64,000 bases of DNA from an uncultured Prevotellaceae bacterium. GTDB taxonomy: Bacteria > Bacteroidota > Bacteroidia > Bacteroidales > Bacteroidaceae. The notes below the pieces were generated by a model. It saw only the letters and a program-made list of their open reading frames with translations. It ran no database searches and had not been told where the DNA came from. Shown in pieces: positions 8,515-19,323 of this stretch. The translations under genes were made by a program, and so were the position numbers. Where the stretch lies: NCBI GenBank assembly GCA_900316445.1, contig ONCZ01000002.1, forward strand, positions 5,986 to 69,985. The letters run 5' to 3'. How positions within the stretch are numbered: the first letter of the stretch is position 1; every line of letters starts with the position of its first letter.

Positions 8515-11217
8515 ATGGAACTTGCAAGTAAATACGACCCAAAAGAGGTCGAATCGAAATGGTATCAGTACTGGCTTGACCACAAACTCTTCGCCAGCAA
8601 ACCCGACGGACGTGAACCCTATACGATAGTCATCCCCCCGCCCAATGTGACGGGTGTGCTCCACATGGGACACATGCTCAACAACACCATCCAGGACATC
8701 CTGGTGCGTCGTGCCCGTATGGAGGGTAAGAACGCCCTGTGGGTACCTGGCACTGACCATGCCTCCATCGCCACGGAGGCCAAGGTGGTGAAGAAGCTCG
8801 CCAGTGAGGGTATCAAGAAACACGACCTCACCCGTGAACAGTTCCTTGAGCATGCCTGGGCCTGGACCCACGAGCACGGCGGCATCATCCTCCAGCAGCT
8901 GCGTCGCTTAGGTGCCAGCTGCGACTGGGACCGCACTGCCTTCACCATGGACGAGAAGCGTTCCGAGAGCGTCATCAAGGTCTTCGTCGATCTCTATAAC
9001 AAAGGGCTCATCTACCGTGGCCTGCGTATGGTGAACTGGGATCCCAAGGCCCTCACCGCCCTCTCCACCGAGGAGGTCATCTACAAAGAGGAGCAGAGCC
9101 ACCTCTTCCACCTGAAATATTACGTGGCTGATCTGCAGACGCTCGATAACGAGGAAGCCCTCAAGGCCGATGGCAATGTCATCCACAAGGATGACCGTGG
9201 CTACTACGCTGTCGTGGCCACCACCCGTCCTGAGACGATCATGGGCGATACCGCCATGTGTATCAACCCCAAGGACCCGAAGAACCAGTGGCTCAAGGGC
9301 CGCAAGGTCATCGTCCCTCTGGTGAACCGTGTCATCCCCGTCATCGAAGACCGCTATGTGGACATCGAGTTCGGTACAGGCTGTCTGAAAGTCACACCGG
9401 CCCACGACACCAACGACTATATGCTCGGTAAGACGCACAACCTCGAGACCATCGACATCTTCAATCCCGACGGCACCATCTCCGACCAGTCACCCATCTA
9501 CGTGGGTATGGACCGTATGGACTGCCGCAAGCAGATTGCCAAGGATCTGCAGGAGGCCGGTCTCATGGAGAAGATAGAGGACTACACCAACAAGGTGGGC
9601 TACTCTGAGCGTAACCCCGACACCCCCATCGAGCCTCGTCTCTCCCTGCAGTGGTTCCTCAAGATGCAGCACTTTGCTGACATCGCCCTGCCACCGGTGC
9701 TCAACGGCGAACTGAAATTCTATCCGCAGAAATACGTGAACACCTATAAGAACTGGTTGGAGAACATCCAGGACTGGTGTATCTCCCGTCAGCTGTGGTG
9801 GGGCCACCGCATCCCGGCCTATTATTATAATGAGGAAGGAGACTTCGTGGTGGCCGAGACACGGGAAAAGGCCCTGGCACTGGCTCAGCAGAAGGATCCG
9901 AAGATCACCGATGCTGACCTCCGACAGGAAGAGGATGCCCTCGACACCTGGTTCTCCTCATGGCTCTGGCCCATCTCCCTCTTCGACGGTATCAACAACC
10001 CCGGCAACGAGGAACTCAAATACTATTATCCCACCAATGTCCTCGTGACTGGTCCCGACATCATCTTCTTCTGGGTATCCCGAATGATCATGTCCGGCTA
10101 CGAGTATGTGGGTGACATGCCTTTCAGAAGCGTTTACTTCACAGGTATCGTTCGCGACAAGCTCGGTCGTAAGATGTCTAAGTCACTCGGCAACAGCCCC
10201 GACCCCATCGAACTCATCGAGAAGTTCGGTGCCGACGGTGTGCGCATGGGTATGATGCTCTCTGCCCCTGCAGGCAATGACATCCTCTTCGACGAGGCTC
10301 TCTGCGAACAGGGACGTAACTTCAACAACAAGATCTGGAATGCCTTCCGCCTCGTAAAGAGCTGGAAAGTGGCTGATAACGAACAGACGGAGGTTGGCAA
10401 AATTGCCACCTCCTGGTTCGAGGCCAAGCTCCGTGAGACCAATGCTGAGGTAGACGACCTCTTCAAGAAATACCGTATCTCCGAGGCCCTCATGGCAGTC
10501 TATAAGCTCTTCTGGGATGAGTTCTCATCCTGGTACTTAGAGATGGTGAAGCCCGCCTATATCAATGGTGAGGCACAGCCCGTGGACCGTGAGACCTACG
10601 ATAAGACACTCTCCTTCTTCGAGCAGCTGCTGAAGATGCTGCATCCCTTCATGCCCTTCATCACCGAAGAGCTCTGGCAGCACCTCTACGACCGTCAGGA
10701 CGGCGAGAGCATCATGCGCGACAAGTTGGAGATTCCAGCTCCTACGGCAGCCGACAGTCAGCTCATCGCCCAGATTGAGAGTGTGAAGCAGATTGTCTCC
10801 GGTGTACGTATGGTCCGTTCATCGAAGAACATCGCCCCGAAGGAACAGCTCGAACTGCAGGTGATTGGCCAGAACGACTTTGAGGCTTTCAACAGCATTA
10901 TCACGAAGATGGCTAACCTCAGTGCCATCAACGTCGTGGCAGAGAAGGATCCCACGGCATCTGCCTTTATGGTCGGTACAGACGAATTTGCAGTGCCCCT
11001 GGGCAATATGATCGATGTCGAGGCAGAGATCCAGAAGATGGAGGCTCAGCTGCAGCATCTCGAAGGTTTCCTCGCTGGTGTCAAGAAGAAGCTCTCCAAT
11101 GAGCGTTTCGTCGCCAACGCCCCCGAGGCAGTCGTCGCCCTCGAACGTAAAAAGCAATCCGACGCCGAAGAGAAAATCGCTTCTCTCCAAGCCTCGATTG
11201 CCGCCCTCAAAAAATAG
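8515..11217 (+). CDS. valS: Valine--tRNA ligase
   Basis: HIGH-type motif ([12 protein letters not shown]), KMSKS, C-terminal coiled coil. Length 900 aa. Confidence 0.97.
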   Translation: MELASKYDPKEVESKWYQYWLDHKLFASKPDGREPYTIVIPPPNVTGVLHMGHMLNNTIQDILVRRARMEGKNALWVPGTDHASIATEAKVVKKLASEGIKKHDLTREQFLEHAWAWTHEHGGIILQQLRRLGASCDWDRTAFTMDEKRSESVIKVFVDLYNKGLIYRGLRMVNWDPKALTALSTEEVIYKEEQSHLFHLKYYVADLQTLDNEEALKADGNVIHKDDRGYYAVVATTRPETIMGDTAMCINPKDPKNQWLKGRKVIVPLVNRVIPVIEDRYVDIEFGTGCLKVTPAHDTNDYMLGKTHNLETIDIFNPDGTISDQSPIYVGMDRMDCRKQIAKDLQEAGLMEKIEDYTNKVGYSERNPDTPIEPRLSLQWFLKMQHFADIALPPVLNGELKFYPQKYVNTYKNWLENIQDWCISRQLWWGHRIPAYYYNEEGDFVVAETREKALALAQQKDPKITDADLRQEEDALDTWFSSWLWPISLFDGINNPGNEELKYYYPTNVLVTGPDIIFFWVSRMIMSGYEYVGDMPFRSVYFTGIVRDKLGRKMSKSLGNSPDPIELIEKFGADGVRMGMMLSAPAGNDILFDEALCEQGRNFNNKIWNAFRLVKSWKVADNEQTEVGKIATSWFEAKLRETNAEVDDLFKKYRISEALMAVYKLFWDEFSSWYLEMVKPAYINGEAQPVDRETYDKTLSFFEQLLKMLHPFMPFITEELWQHLYDRQDGESIMRDKLEIPAPTAADSQLIAQIESVKQIVSGVRMVRSSKNIAPKEQLELQVIGQNDFEAFNSIITKMANLSAINVVAEKDPTASAFMVGTDEFAVPLGNMIDVEAEIQKMEAQLQHLEGFLAGVKKKLSNERFVANAPEAVVALERKKQSDAEEKIASLQASIAALKK

Positions 11218-11226
11218 TAATTCATA

Positions 11227-12084
11227 ATGAGGAAGCATTATACCGTTGCTGGACACGGCTTCATTGTGGATGCAGAAGACGCTATATTCACAGAAATGAA
11301 GCAGTACGAGCCTTTCATGGATGAAGACGATGGTACCACTCTCTTTACCTTCCGTATCCACAAATCAGATACACCTATTATATATAAAGAGTATCATAGG
11401 CAGGAGGAAGAAGGCCAGTCGATAATTTGTGGGGAAACTCCCGAGGGGAATAATATCCTTGAATACCAACTTGGAAACAAAATCGTGGGTTGGCTGGTAT
11501 GCAGTCATGACTACAAGGAAGGAGATGTTTATTATTTAGGCCCGCAAAGGTTATTTGTGATCAATGGTGCACTGATGATGATGTACACCTTTGCCACATC
11601 CGACAAGTTAACGACTCTCTTCCATTCTTCCGTGGTCAGCTATCACAGCAAGGCCTATATGTTTCTTGGCAAGAGCGGAACTGGCAAGAGTACCCACTCT
11701 CAGCTCTGGATTAAGCATATCGAAGGAACGGAACTGGTCAACGATGACAATCCCGTTGTCCGCATCATCGATGGCGAGGCCCGGGTCTACGGATCGCCTT
11801 GGAGTGGCAAGACGCCGTGCTATAGAAATGTCGACTACCCGATTGGCGGTATCGTCAAACTGAAACAGACGCCACACAATGAAATCCGTCGTATGAAACC
11901 CATTGAAGCTTATGTCGCCCTTGCCATGAGCATATCGGGTATGCGCTGGAAGAAACAAATGGGCGACGGGCTGCATCAGACAGAGAATCAGTTGACGGCA
12001 ACCGTTCCTGTATGGCATCTGTCCTGTCTGCCAGACCAAGAAGCGGCAGAATTATGCTGTAAGACTATCACTAACAAAGATTAA
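11227..12084 (+). CDS. HPr-kinase-C-terminal-like / PEPCK-fold P-loop protein
   Basis: P-loop GKSGTGKSTHS followed by NDDNPVV...YGSPWSGK. It sits directly upstream of a PqqD-family gene, as RiPP-associated HprK-like kinases do. Confidence 0.5.
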   Translation: MRKHYTVAGHGFIVDAEDAIFTEMKQYEPFMDEDDGTTLFTFRIHKSDTPIIYKEYHRQEEEGQSIICGETPEGNNILEYQLGNKIVGWLVCSHDYKEGDVYYLGPQRLFVINGALMMMYTFATSDKLTTLFHSSVVSYHSKAYMFLGKSGTGKSTHSQLWIKHIEGTELVNDDNPVVRIIDGEARVYGSPWSGKTPCYRNVDYPIGGIVKLKQTPHNEIRRMKPIEAYVALAMSISGMRWKKQMGDGLHQTENQLTATVPVWHLSCLPDQEAAELCCKTITNKD

Positions 12085-12098
12085 TAGATTATTATCAT

Positions 12099-12368
12099 AT
12101 GAGACAAAAGAAAGGACTTGTACTTCGCGACGTATGTGGCGAGAAAGTAATCATTGGAGAAGGATTGGAAGCTGTCGACTTCGGCCGTTTGATGTGTTTG
12201 AACGACACAGCAGCCTGGCTTTGGGAGAAAGCATCTGAGATGGGAGAGTTTTCCGTTGAAGGACTTGCTGAAGCCCTCTTCGAGGAATTTGAAGTAACAA
12301 AGGAACAGGCTCTTCACGATGTGAAAGGCATCGTAGCCAAATGGGAAGAGTCCGGTATCTTAGAATAA
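12099..12368 (+). CDS. PqqD-family protein (RiPP recognition element-like)
   Basis: 89 aa. The pattern LNDTAAWLWEKA...FSVEGLAEALFEEFEV..EQALHDVKGIVAKWEESGILE is typical of PqqD/RRE. Confidence 0.65.
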   Translation: MRQKKGLVLRDVCGEKVIIGEGLEAVDFGRLMCLNDTAAWLWEKASEMGEFSVEGLAEALFEEFEVTKEQALHDVKGIVAKWEESGILE

Positions 12369-12371
12369 AAA

Positions 12372-12399
12372 AGTCTGCAGCGTGCTGCAGACTTTTTTA
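12372..12399. terminator. Bidirectional intrinsic terminator
   Basis: agtctgcag-cgtg-ctgcagact, flanked by an A-run and a T-run, between convergent genes. Confidence 0.8.
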
Positions 12400-12421
12400 A
12401 ACCTACAATTTGATCATTAAT

Positions 12422-13072
12422 TTAGAAAGTCTTTCCAAACACAATAAACAGGAAAGTTTTTAATAGAATGGTTATATCCAATGCCCACGAACGATTCTCC
12501 AGATAGTCAAGGTCGTACTGAAGACGTACAAGCATCTTCTCCATCGTGTCCGTATAACCATTATAAAGCGTAGCGTAGCTCGTCACACCCGGCCGAATCT
12601 GATAAAGCATATAATAGCGAGGATCTTCCTTCTCTATCAATTTGATGTAATAAGCTCGTTCCGGACGGGGACCCACAAATGCCATATCACCTATAAAAAC
12701 ATTCCATAATTGCGGAAGCTCATCAAGATGATGCTTTCTTAAAAAACGTCCGATTTTGGTCAGGCGAGGATCTTTATGTCCTTCCTGTAGCAACATGGGC
12801 TTTTCTTTCTCTGCATCCATTTTCATCGAACGGAACTTATAGATAGTGAACGGACGTCCAAAACGTCCTATCCGCTCCTGTTTGAAAATCGCAGGACCAC
12901 CGTCTTCGTGTTTCACAGCGAAATAACAGAACACAAAAAGAGGAGAAAAAAGAATCAAGGCTACCAGAGCAGCCAGACAATCGAGAATACGTTTAGTATT
13001 CCGCTCGAAAGCACTCATGCCGTCTGGAATAAACCGTATTTCCGCATCGTTATCAGTCCTTTTCTCACTCAT
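12422..13072 (-). CDS. Polyprenyl-phosphate sugar-phosphate transferase (bacterial sugar transferase, WbaP/EpsL-like)
   Basis: Motifs KQERIG..GRPF.IYKFRSM and PGVTSYATL. One N-terminal TM segment. Confidence 0.9.
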   Translation of the reverse strand: MSEKRTDNDAEIRFIPDGMSAFERNTKRILDCLAALVALILFSPLFVFCYFAVKHEDGGPAIFKQERIGRFGRPFTIYKFRSMKMDAEKEKPMLLQEGHKDPRLTKIGRFLRKHHLDELPQLWNVFIGDMAFVGPRPERAYYIKLIEKEDPRYYMLYQIRPGVTSYATLYNGYTDTMEKMLVRLQYDLDYLENRSWALDITILLKTFLFIVFGKTF

Positions 13073-13100
13073 TAATTCACCATTATTTCTTTCAAGGGTG

Positions 13101-13108
13101 CAAAGTTA
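13101..13108 (-). promoter_or_regulatory. -7 box (TAACTTTG on the minus strand), internal promoter for the priming transferase
   Basis: caaagtta lies 29 nt upstream of the ATG at 13072. Confidence 0.4.
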
Positions 13109-13133
13109 CTAAAAAAAACGGTAATATCCTCAA

Positions 13134-14312
13134 CTAAATAGCTTCTTTTTTTGTTCCGAACATCTTTTCTACACAAATCTCAGTGGCATGTCCACCTATA
13201 TAGGTGAATTTATTCTTAATCATATCCCGCGTTTTCAGGCATTCTGCCTCGTAATCCATCTGTCGAATGTGATTCAATACTTCATCCTCAGTATAGAGTA
13301 CACCACTTGGCATCTCTTTCTCAAAATCAATATTCAAATGACGACGTTTGGCATAAGTCTGATAGTCATAGGCAAAACAAATAATTGGCCGTTCCAAGAT
13401 GGAGAAATCAGTGATACATGAAGAATAGTCCGAAATCAGAATATCACTGACGACAAACAAGTCATTAATAACAGGATACGATGAATAGTCTCTCACGAAA
13501 TCATTGAATTCTATGCCTAACAACTTCGTGGTATAATGGTGAGTACGGAACAAAAGGACATATTCATCTTTTAGATTTGCCTCCCATTTATCCATCTGAA
13601 TAGGGGGCTTGATAGAATAAGTTTTACCATGATCATCACTGTCACGCCAAGTTGGAGCATACAAAATTACTTTCTTGTCAAGAGGTAATCCCAAAGCTTT
13701 CTTTTTGGTCATCACGTCATCAGCAGACACCTGATATAACATATCATTCCGAGGAAGTCCACTGGGCAGCATGATGGATTCTGGTGCTTTGAAACTCCGC
13801 ATCAGCACTTTCTTATGGAACTCACTCTCATAACAAAAGAAGTTCAGATGACTGAAATCATAGTCTTTACGTCCCGGAACATCGTTACCAACTGCATTCA
13901 GGCTACAGCCATGCCAGGTATTCAGATAGATACAATCCTTCTTCTTATACCGCAAACCGCGTTCGATATTGACACTCGTAATCCAATAACGGGCTTTCAG
14001 AGTTGTTTTGAAATAATGAAACGTATCCACTTTAACCTTAAATGCCGGACCCGGAATCTCTATATCCAAATCTTCCAGCGCCCAAACCATCGTAAAATCC
14101 TTAAATTGCGGCAGACGAACCATATACTCATAAATGGCTTTGGGACTATCATTGTATTTACAACTCAAGGCACTAAACAACACCATTTTATCATCAGTCT
14201 TTACAAAAAAGCCCCAACACCGCGTCACAGCATTGGCAATTATCCTAATTACTTTTAGGATCCAACTGTGATGTTTCAACACATAATCAATCTTTGCTTT
14301 ATAACTTTGCAT
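13134..14312 (-). CDS. CDP-glycerol glycerophosphotransferase family (TagB/TagF-like)
   Basis: Motifs VILYAPTWRD and SDYSSCITDFSILERPIICFAYD. Confidence 0.8.
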   Translation of the reverse strand: MQSYKAKIDYVLKHHSWILKVIRIIANAVTRCWGFFVKTDDKMVLFSALSCKYNDSPKAIYEYMVRLPQFKDFTMVWALEDLDIEIPGPAFKVKVDTFHYFKTTLKARYWITSVNIERGLRYKKKDCIYLNTWHGCSLNAVGNDVPGRKDYDFSHLNFFCYESEFHKKVLMRSFKAPESIMLPSGLPRNDMLYQVSADDVMTKKKALGLPLDKKVILYAPTWRDSDDHGKTYSIKPPIQMDKWEANLKDEYVLLFRTHHYTTKLLGIEFNDFVRDYSSYPVINDLFVVSDILISDYSSCITDFSILERPIICFAYDYQTYAKRRHLNIDFEKEMPSGVLYTEDEVLNHIRQMDYEAECLKTRDMIKNKFTYIGGHATEICVEKMFGTKKEAI

Positions 14313-15493
14313 AATAAATTACTATTCCTTTCCTTTGAAAAAACTTCTATAGCATAATTTAATCCTTTCATCCCTTTTGCTTTCAACTTCTCAGATGACT
14401 CAAAAGCAGCTCTTTTCATCACCTCTGACAACGACTTACAATCCTCTGGTTTTACAGTCCATCCAGCTCCACTCTTCTTAATGCAATCAGCCGTATCGCT
14501 GTCTTGATCTACAGAAGCAATAATAGGCTTAGCTGAAAACATATAAGCTATCAACTTACTGGGAACAGAATACCTTGCATAGCCTTTCTTAATAGGGAGC
14601 AGCATGACATCCGCCTTCGCCTGCGTCTCAGGAACCATTCCCGTTGGCACATCCCAAAACTCTATCTGACAAGAATAGTTCTTGGCCTTTCGCTGTAAAT
14701 CTGCCTTTGAAGGTCCTGAGCCAGCAATGATAAGCCGCGCATCCTTCAAATCAGCCATGGCAAAAGCATCAAACAACAACTCTATTCCTGCCAATGGCCC
14801 GACATTCCCCATATACATAAAGGTAAAAGGAGTTTTCTCAGATAGACGCCCATTTTTCTCGGCATATTCAAGAAATGGCTTTTCGTCCTGCCAATTCCTG
14901 ACAACCACAAAATGATTCCTGTCTATTTGCCGACTCTCTGACAGATAATCAGCCATCTTCTCTGAATTTGTCTGAACGCAAGCAGCATGGCTAAGGGTGT
15001 GTTTATTTAAAGGAAGCAACAAATGCATCACCAGCCATTTCAAAGGTATTAAGTTTGGCAGCTTAGAAGTCAGAGACTCAGGGTAGATATCCTGAACAGG
15101 GGTGATATAAGGTATCTCATATTGGCATGCAGCTTTAGCAACCAAATAGACGCCAAACAAATGCCAGGAGTCATTGTAGACAAAGTCAATCTCCTCATGA
15201 TGCTGACGAATATACTTGGCACACCACCGTCCATGACTGAGACTCTCACGCATTCTGCCTATTGGAGAGGAGGCTGGGCATGTATAGGCATCAAATTCTA
15301 TTACCTCAAATGGCAGGCCTGTATAATCATAGTCCGGAAAAGCAAATCCCTTCGGCCTTGTCGGATGAGGCCGAAGGATTGTTACCTGACAATTCTCTGA
15401 GAGCTTGATTGCCAAATCGGTCTGAAGTCGTGCTGACACAACCGGTTCCGGGTAAAACACGCCACAAACGAACAACACCCTCTTTCTTTCCAT
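14276..15493 (-). CDS. Glycosyltransferase family 4 (GT-B)
   Basis: GT1/GT4 C-terminal pattern (FMYMGNVGPLAGIELL...LLPIKKG..RYSVPSKL). Confidence 0.8.
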   Translation of the reverse strand: MERKRVLFVCGVFYPEPVVSARLQTDLAIKLSENCQVTILRPHPTRPKGFAFPDYDYTGLPFEVIEFDAYTCPASSPIGRMRESLSHGRWCAKYIRQHHEEIDFVYNDSWHLFGVYLVAKAACQYEIPYITPVQDIYPESLTSKLPNLIPLKWLVMHLLLPLNKHTLSHAACVQTNSEKMADYLSESRQIDRNHFVVVRNWQDEKPFLEYAEKNGRLSEKTPFTFMYMGNVGPLAGIELLFDAFAMADLKDARLIIAGSGPSKADLQRKAKNYSCQIEFWDVPTGMVPETQAKADVMLLPIKKGYARYSVPSKLIAYMFSAKPIIASVDQDSDTADCIKKSGAGWTVKPEDCKSLSEVMKRAAFESSEKLKAKGMKGLNYAIEVFSKERNSNLLCKVIKQRLIMC

Positions 15494-16600
15494 TTACGCT
15501 TTTTTCTTAGCGTCAAAACGATCCTTGATCTTCCAACGCTGATTAGTCAGTTTTGCAAAAGGCTTCCATAGCGCCTCCGACGGGAACATACGCGCCAACA
15601 GGAAATCTCTATAAATATCTGTCAAGGCCGTAGCTAAAGCACCGTGTTCCCTGAAGGTGTATCGTGTATCCATCGTTCCAAAGTTTCCTGTCTCGAAGAT
15701 CTCCTCTGCAAGGAATTCTCCTGCTTTATCATTAGGTTGCATCAATAAATAGCGATGATCCAAGCCCAACACCTTCTCAAGAATCCACATCACAGCTCCG
15801 GCAAACTTCTTCATCCCAAGATAATTGACCGCCTTGCAGAATTCTTCCTTCTCAGCATCAGAAAAGCCCTGTTTCAACAGATAATAATAGTCTATGAACT
15901 GCCGCAGTCCGATTCCCTCATTAAAGAAATGACGCATCATATGCGACAACAAGAAAATGGCATTGAAACCATTCGTTGGTGTACAAACATGTTTACCTAA
16001 CACAGGATTGTTGTTTGCGAACTGCTCAGCCTGATGGCTTTTATAATAGTTTTGCAACCGTCTGTTGTGCAAAGGACTTGCCATCTGCGAAGGAAGATAA
16101 TGAACTTCAACGTCCACATCCTTATATATGGGGAAATCTATATGATGAAACTGCTCAAATGTACCCGGTGTCTTCGAATGTACGAAATCCGTAATGGTCT
16201 TACGGTCACCTTCTACCCAAATATCAATATCACCAGCAGCACGACCTTCAGGATTTGGATACATCAATGCAAGCCCCTGCCCTTTCAGAATGCATGACCT
16301 TAGACCTGACTGTGCAAACATTTCTGACAGATCCGCAACTCTGCGATTAACCACTTCGAAATGTCGTCTTTTCTTTTCCGTGGCATAAAGCCACCTCATC
16401 ACCTCCTGTCTCTCCACATATTCAGGATACTGTTGACGACACAGCTTCACACCTTCAAAAACCACTCCTACAATAGCCTGCTTCGCTGCAAAAACCTTAA
16501 GTTCTGACCAGTCCATCGACTGAATAGTTCCCTTAGTGGCACTTTTACCCTGGAGGGTACTTCTAAGAAATGATAATATAGGTGTATTTAGTGATAACAT
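15494..16600 (-). CDS. Uncharacterised nucleotidyltransferase family protein (NTP_transf_5-like)
   Basis: Pattern ILKGQGLALMYPNPEGRAAGDIDIWV. Confidence 0.6.
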   Translation of the reverse strand: MLSLNTPILSFLRSTLQGKSATKGTIQSMDWSELKVFAAKQAIVGVVFEGVKLCRQQYPEYVERQEVMRWLYATEKKRRHFEVVNRRVADLSEMFAQSGLRSCILKGQGLALMYPNPEGRAAGDIDIWVEGDRKTITDFVHSKTPGTFEQFHHIDFPIYKDVDVEVHYLPSQMASPLHNRRLQNYYKSHQAEQFANNNPVLGKHVCTPTNGFNAIFLLSHMMRHFFNEGIGLRQFIDYYYLLKQGFSDAEKEEFCKAVNYLGMKKFAGAVMWILEKVLGLDHRYLLMQPNDKAGEFLAEEIFETGNFGTMDTRYTFREHGALATALTDIYRDFLLARMFPSEALWKPFAKLTNQRWKIKDRFDAKKKA

Positions 16601-16603
16601 ATT

Positions 16604-17440
16604 TCAATCTAATTGCTGTTGCCGTATCCACAATGACAAGATGCTGTACGATTCTTCGTGATTCTCCCATGAATTACTCTGAATAGTCGAACTGGCTCCC
16701 TCCAAGTGTGTGACTTCCAACTTTGGTACATAATATACAGGAATTTGTAACTGGCGACAACGATAAGCCAGATATAATTCCTCATTGTATAAGAACATTT
16801 CTTCATGAAAAATAGGACTTAGTGCCTGTGAAGCCTGACACGTCAGTATGATGAATGAGCCATGAGCAGAAAACACCTTCACCTTTCGACCTCCATTCAA
16901 TTTGGTCCAGATTACCAATAATTCCCTCATAATACGGTTAAAAGCAAACGCTACGTTCATCAACAGGTTACTCTTCCACCGGTATGACAAATCAAGAAGT
17001 TTCAAATATAGCCCAACCTTAAATGGCAGATGAGGGTTCTGACGATGACCATTCTCCATTCTGACATCTGCTGCATATACAGCCTTTAAATCATCCATTT
17101 GGTTCAAAAAATTTATATCCCTGATAATGATGTCTGAATTGGAAAGGACCAGGAAGCGATATTGATAATGTTCCATAGCGTATCTGGATCCAATATTGTT
17201 ACCTGCCCCGTACCCTTTATTTGGTACTGAAATAAAGTCCGCATCATATCCTAAAGACAACGTCCGACAGGCCTCCTCTGTTTCCTGATTGCAGAAACTG
17301 TTGACAACAATAACACGATAGCTATATGGCAATACCAAAGAAGCAAAGAACTGCTGCAACACTTCTACATTCTTATATACCAACACCACAAAGACCAGCT
17401 CGTAGTATGGCTTTTCTATTTGATTCTCGCTAACAGCCAT
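16604..17440 (-). CDS. Glycosyltransferase family 2
   Basis: N-terminal GT-A pattern (FVVLVYKN...VVNSF...GYGAGNN). Confidence 0.8.
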   Translation of the reverse strand: MAVSENQIEKPYYELVFVVLVYKNVEVLQQFFASLVLPYSYRVIVVNSFCNQETEEACRTLSLGYDADFISVPNKGYGAGNNIGSRYAMEHYQYRFLVLSNSDIIIRDINFLNQMDDLKAVYAADVRMENGHRQNPHLPFKVGLYLKLLDLSYRWKSNLLMNVAFAFNRIMRELLVIWTKLNGGRKVKVFSAHGSFIILTCQASQALSPIFHEEMFLYNEELYLAYRCRQLQIPVYYVPKLEVTHLEGASSTIQSNSWENHEESYSILSLWIRQQQLD

Positions 17441-18198
17441 GGTTTTATGATTCTATCCACCCAATTGATAATACCTCCCAAGAGACGATGCCTTTCACAA
17501 AACCATTTGAAATGTCTCCAATATCGGATATACCACTCAACTGTATTATGCGGCCAAGTCTCAAAATAAGGATTTCTCTCAATGTTTTCTTCAAAGAAAG
17601 AATACTTCACCTGGTTTAGGTAAAGCACATACGACAGACATGTCTGATCTCTACCAGAATAGTTGACAACATGGTAATACCAGTCATCCATCAGTTTTTT
17701 TCCCAACTCACTATGGTGATTACGCAAGATAATTTTATTATCAGAGATTCCTGCATGCTCGGGCATTCCTGCCTTTTTGTAATCTTCAAACTGTTTCTTT
17801 AATAGTGCGGGATCGGCATTTCTACGCCTTAGACACCTCTTTATCTCCACAAATATGCAATCATTATGTGGATGACGGAAGTTCATCATAACCAGATCCT
17901 TTGATATGTATTTATGAAGGAATGCGCTGATATCACCTTTTATCATTATGGAACCATCAATATAGAGTGAATACTCATATTCCTTCAATACTGTATATGG
18001 ATACAACAGTTTTATTTCCCTGTTTAATAAAGATGGGGACTCTCCATTCGTATCCACCTTAACAATCTTCCAAATCTTTGAACGAACCTTATCTGAATCA
18101 GTATAACAGATGAAATCTATTCCTTTTGGAACCACAACAGGATCTTTCAGCCAGTCATAGTTATTAAATATCGCCGTATAGACAACAAACCTGTTCAT
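17416..18198 (-). CDS. DUF616-type putative glycosyltransferase
   Basis: VVYTAIFNNYDWLKDP start and overall DUF616-like pattern. Overlaps the downstream gene by 25 nt. Confidence 0.55.
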   Translation of the reverse strand: MNRFVVYTAIFNNYDWLKDPVVVPKGIDFICYTDSDKVRSKIWKIVKVDTNGESPSLLNREIKLLYPYTVLKEYEYSLYIDGSIMIKGDISAFLHKYISKDLVMMNFRHPHNDCIFVEIKRCLRRRNADPALLKKQFEDYKKAGMPEHAGISDNKIILRNHHSELGKKLMDDWYYHVVNYSGRDQTCLSYVLYLNQVKYSFFEENIERNPYFETWPHNTVEWYIRYWRHFKWFCERHRLLGGIINWVDRIIKPWLLARIK

Positions 18199-18199
18199 G

Positions 18200-19321
18200 T
18201 CAGATTTCCAACAACTGATAGTTTACCCACAGGATATCAGAAGCACTCTTAAAGAAGAAGAAGCTATTGAAAAGTATATATATAACAGCACATGCGAACT
18301 GCCATGATGACGACTTGAGATATTGGAGTGTATTAGGTATAATCAGAAATGTCATATTAGTAAAAAACATCGCCACACGACTCGTCAGTCCAAATCCGAA
18401 TCCCATACCCGCCGAATAGACGATGACGGCAAGTATCATGACAATGGACAAGAGGCGGTTGATACCTTCTTCATAAAAATGTTCCTTCATCACAATTATC
18501 CTGAAAAGGAGAATGGCAGATAATAATGCAGGCATCTTCCAACTAGCTCCTTCATAATTATCAGCATTAATTATATAATAGGCATATTCTGGAACGACGT
18601 ACTCCACAAACCATGGCAAAAGAGTATCGAAACCGGCAATCAACAACACTGTCAAAAACAGCAATAACAATAACAAATATCTCCAATTCTTTATCCCATA
18701 TAGGAAATAAACTGGTAAGAAAATGACAGACGACATATGTACCGAAAAAGCGATACCACTGAGCAAGAGGAAAGGAATGACCTTCCTATTGATGATAAAC
18801 GGAAAAGAAAACAGATAAATACTAATGGCCAAAAATGCCCTCAGAATAAATAGGGACTGAGGGAATGAATCTGTCATAAACACAAATACTGAAACCCATA
18901 ATATTGGAGAATACTGCCTGACAGAGAAATAAACGGCATAGAGAATAAAAACGCTCGTCAGTATAAACAAGATCTGGTCAGAACTGAACAAGCTTGAAAC
19001 AGCCTTGATAACTAATGCAAATCCTGTTTCCGTTTTCAAAGACTCATACCCCAAACCAATAACTCTTGTCCACGAAACATTATCTGATTCATAAAAAGCA
19101 TCCACATAGAAAGGGATATCATCAAGTGTCAAAGGATTCTTAAAAGCATGAAAAATAAAAATAGCACCTAATGATAGGAGCAGATACACATTCAAACGCT
19201 CATCAGAAAGATATCGCAATGTCCGTTCTTTCACAGGCATAAAGGTATACTCCACTACATTGGTGAATGCTGTAATGGCGATAACGATTTCAATAATAAA
19301 AAGAAGATAAAAAAGATGCAT
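18200..19321 (-). CDS. wzy: EpsG-family polysaccharide polymerase (Wzy-like)
   Basis: 373 aa, about 10 TM segments, located inside the capsule locus. Confidence 0.7.
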   Translation of the reverse strand: MHLFYLLFIIEIVIAITAFTNVVEYTFMPVKERTLRYLSDERLNVYLLLSLGAIFIFHAFKNPLTLDDIPFYVDAFYESDNVSWTRVIGLGYESLKTETGFALVIKAVSSLFSSDQILFILTSVFILYAVYFSVRQYSPILWVSVFVFMTDSFPQSLFILRAFLAISIYLFSFPFIINRKVIPFLLLSGIAFSVHMSSVIFLPVYFLYGIKNWRYLLLLLLFLTVLLIAGFDTLLPWFVEYVVPEYAYYIINADNYEGASWKMPALLSAILLFRIIVMKEHFYEEGINRLLSIVMILAVIVYSAGMGFGFGLTSRVAMFFTNMTFLIIPNTLQYLKSSSWQFACAVIYILFNSFFFFKSASDILWVNYQLLEI

Positions 19322-19323
19322 GA

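Noticed and set aside
11227-16600. A lasso-peptide biosynthetic cluster (HprK-like kinase, PqqD and nucleotidyltransferase are all lasso-associated families).
   Set aside because: No asparagine-synthetase-like cyclase, no transglutaminase-like B2 protease, no ABC exporter and no precursor ORF are present. The nucleotidyltransferase is embedded in the capsule operon on the other strand.
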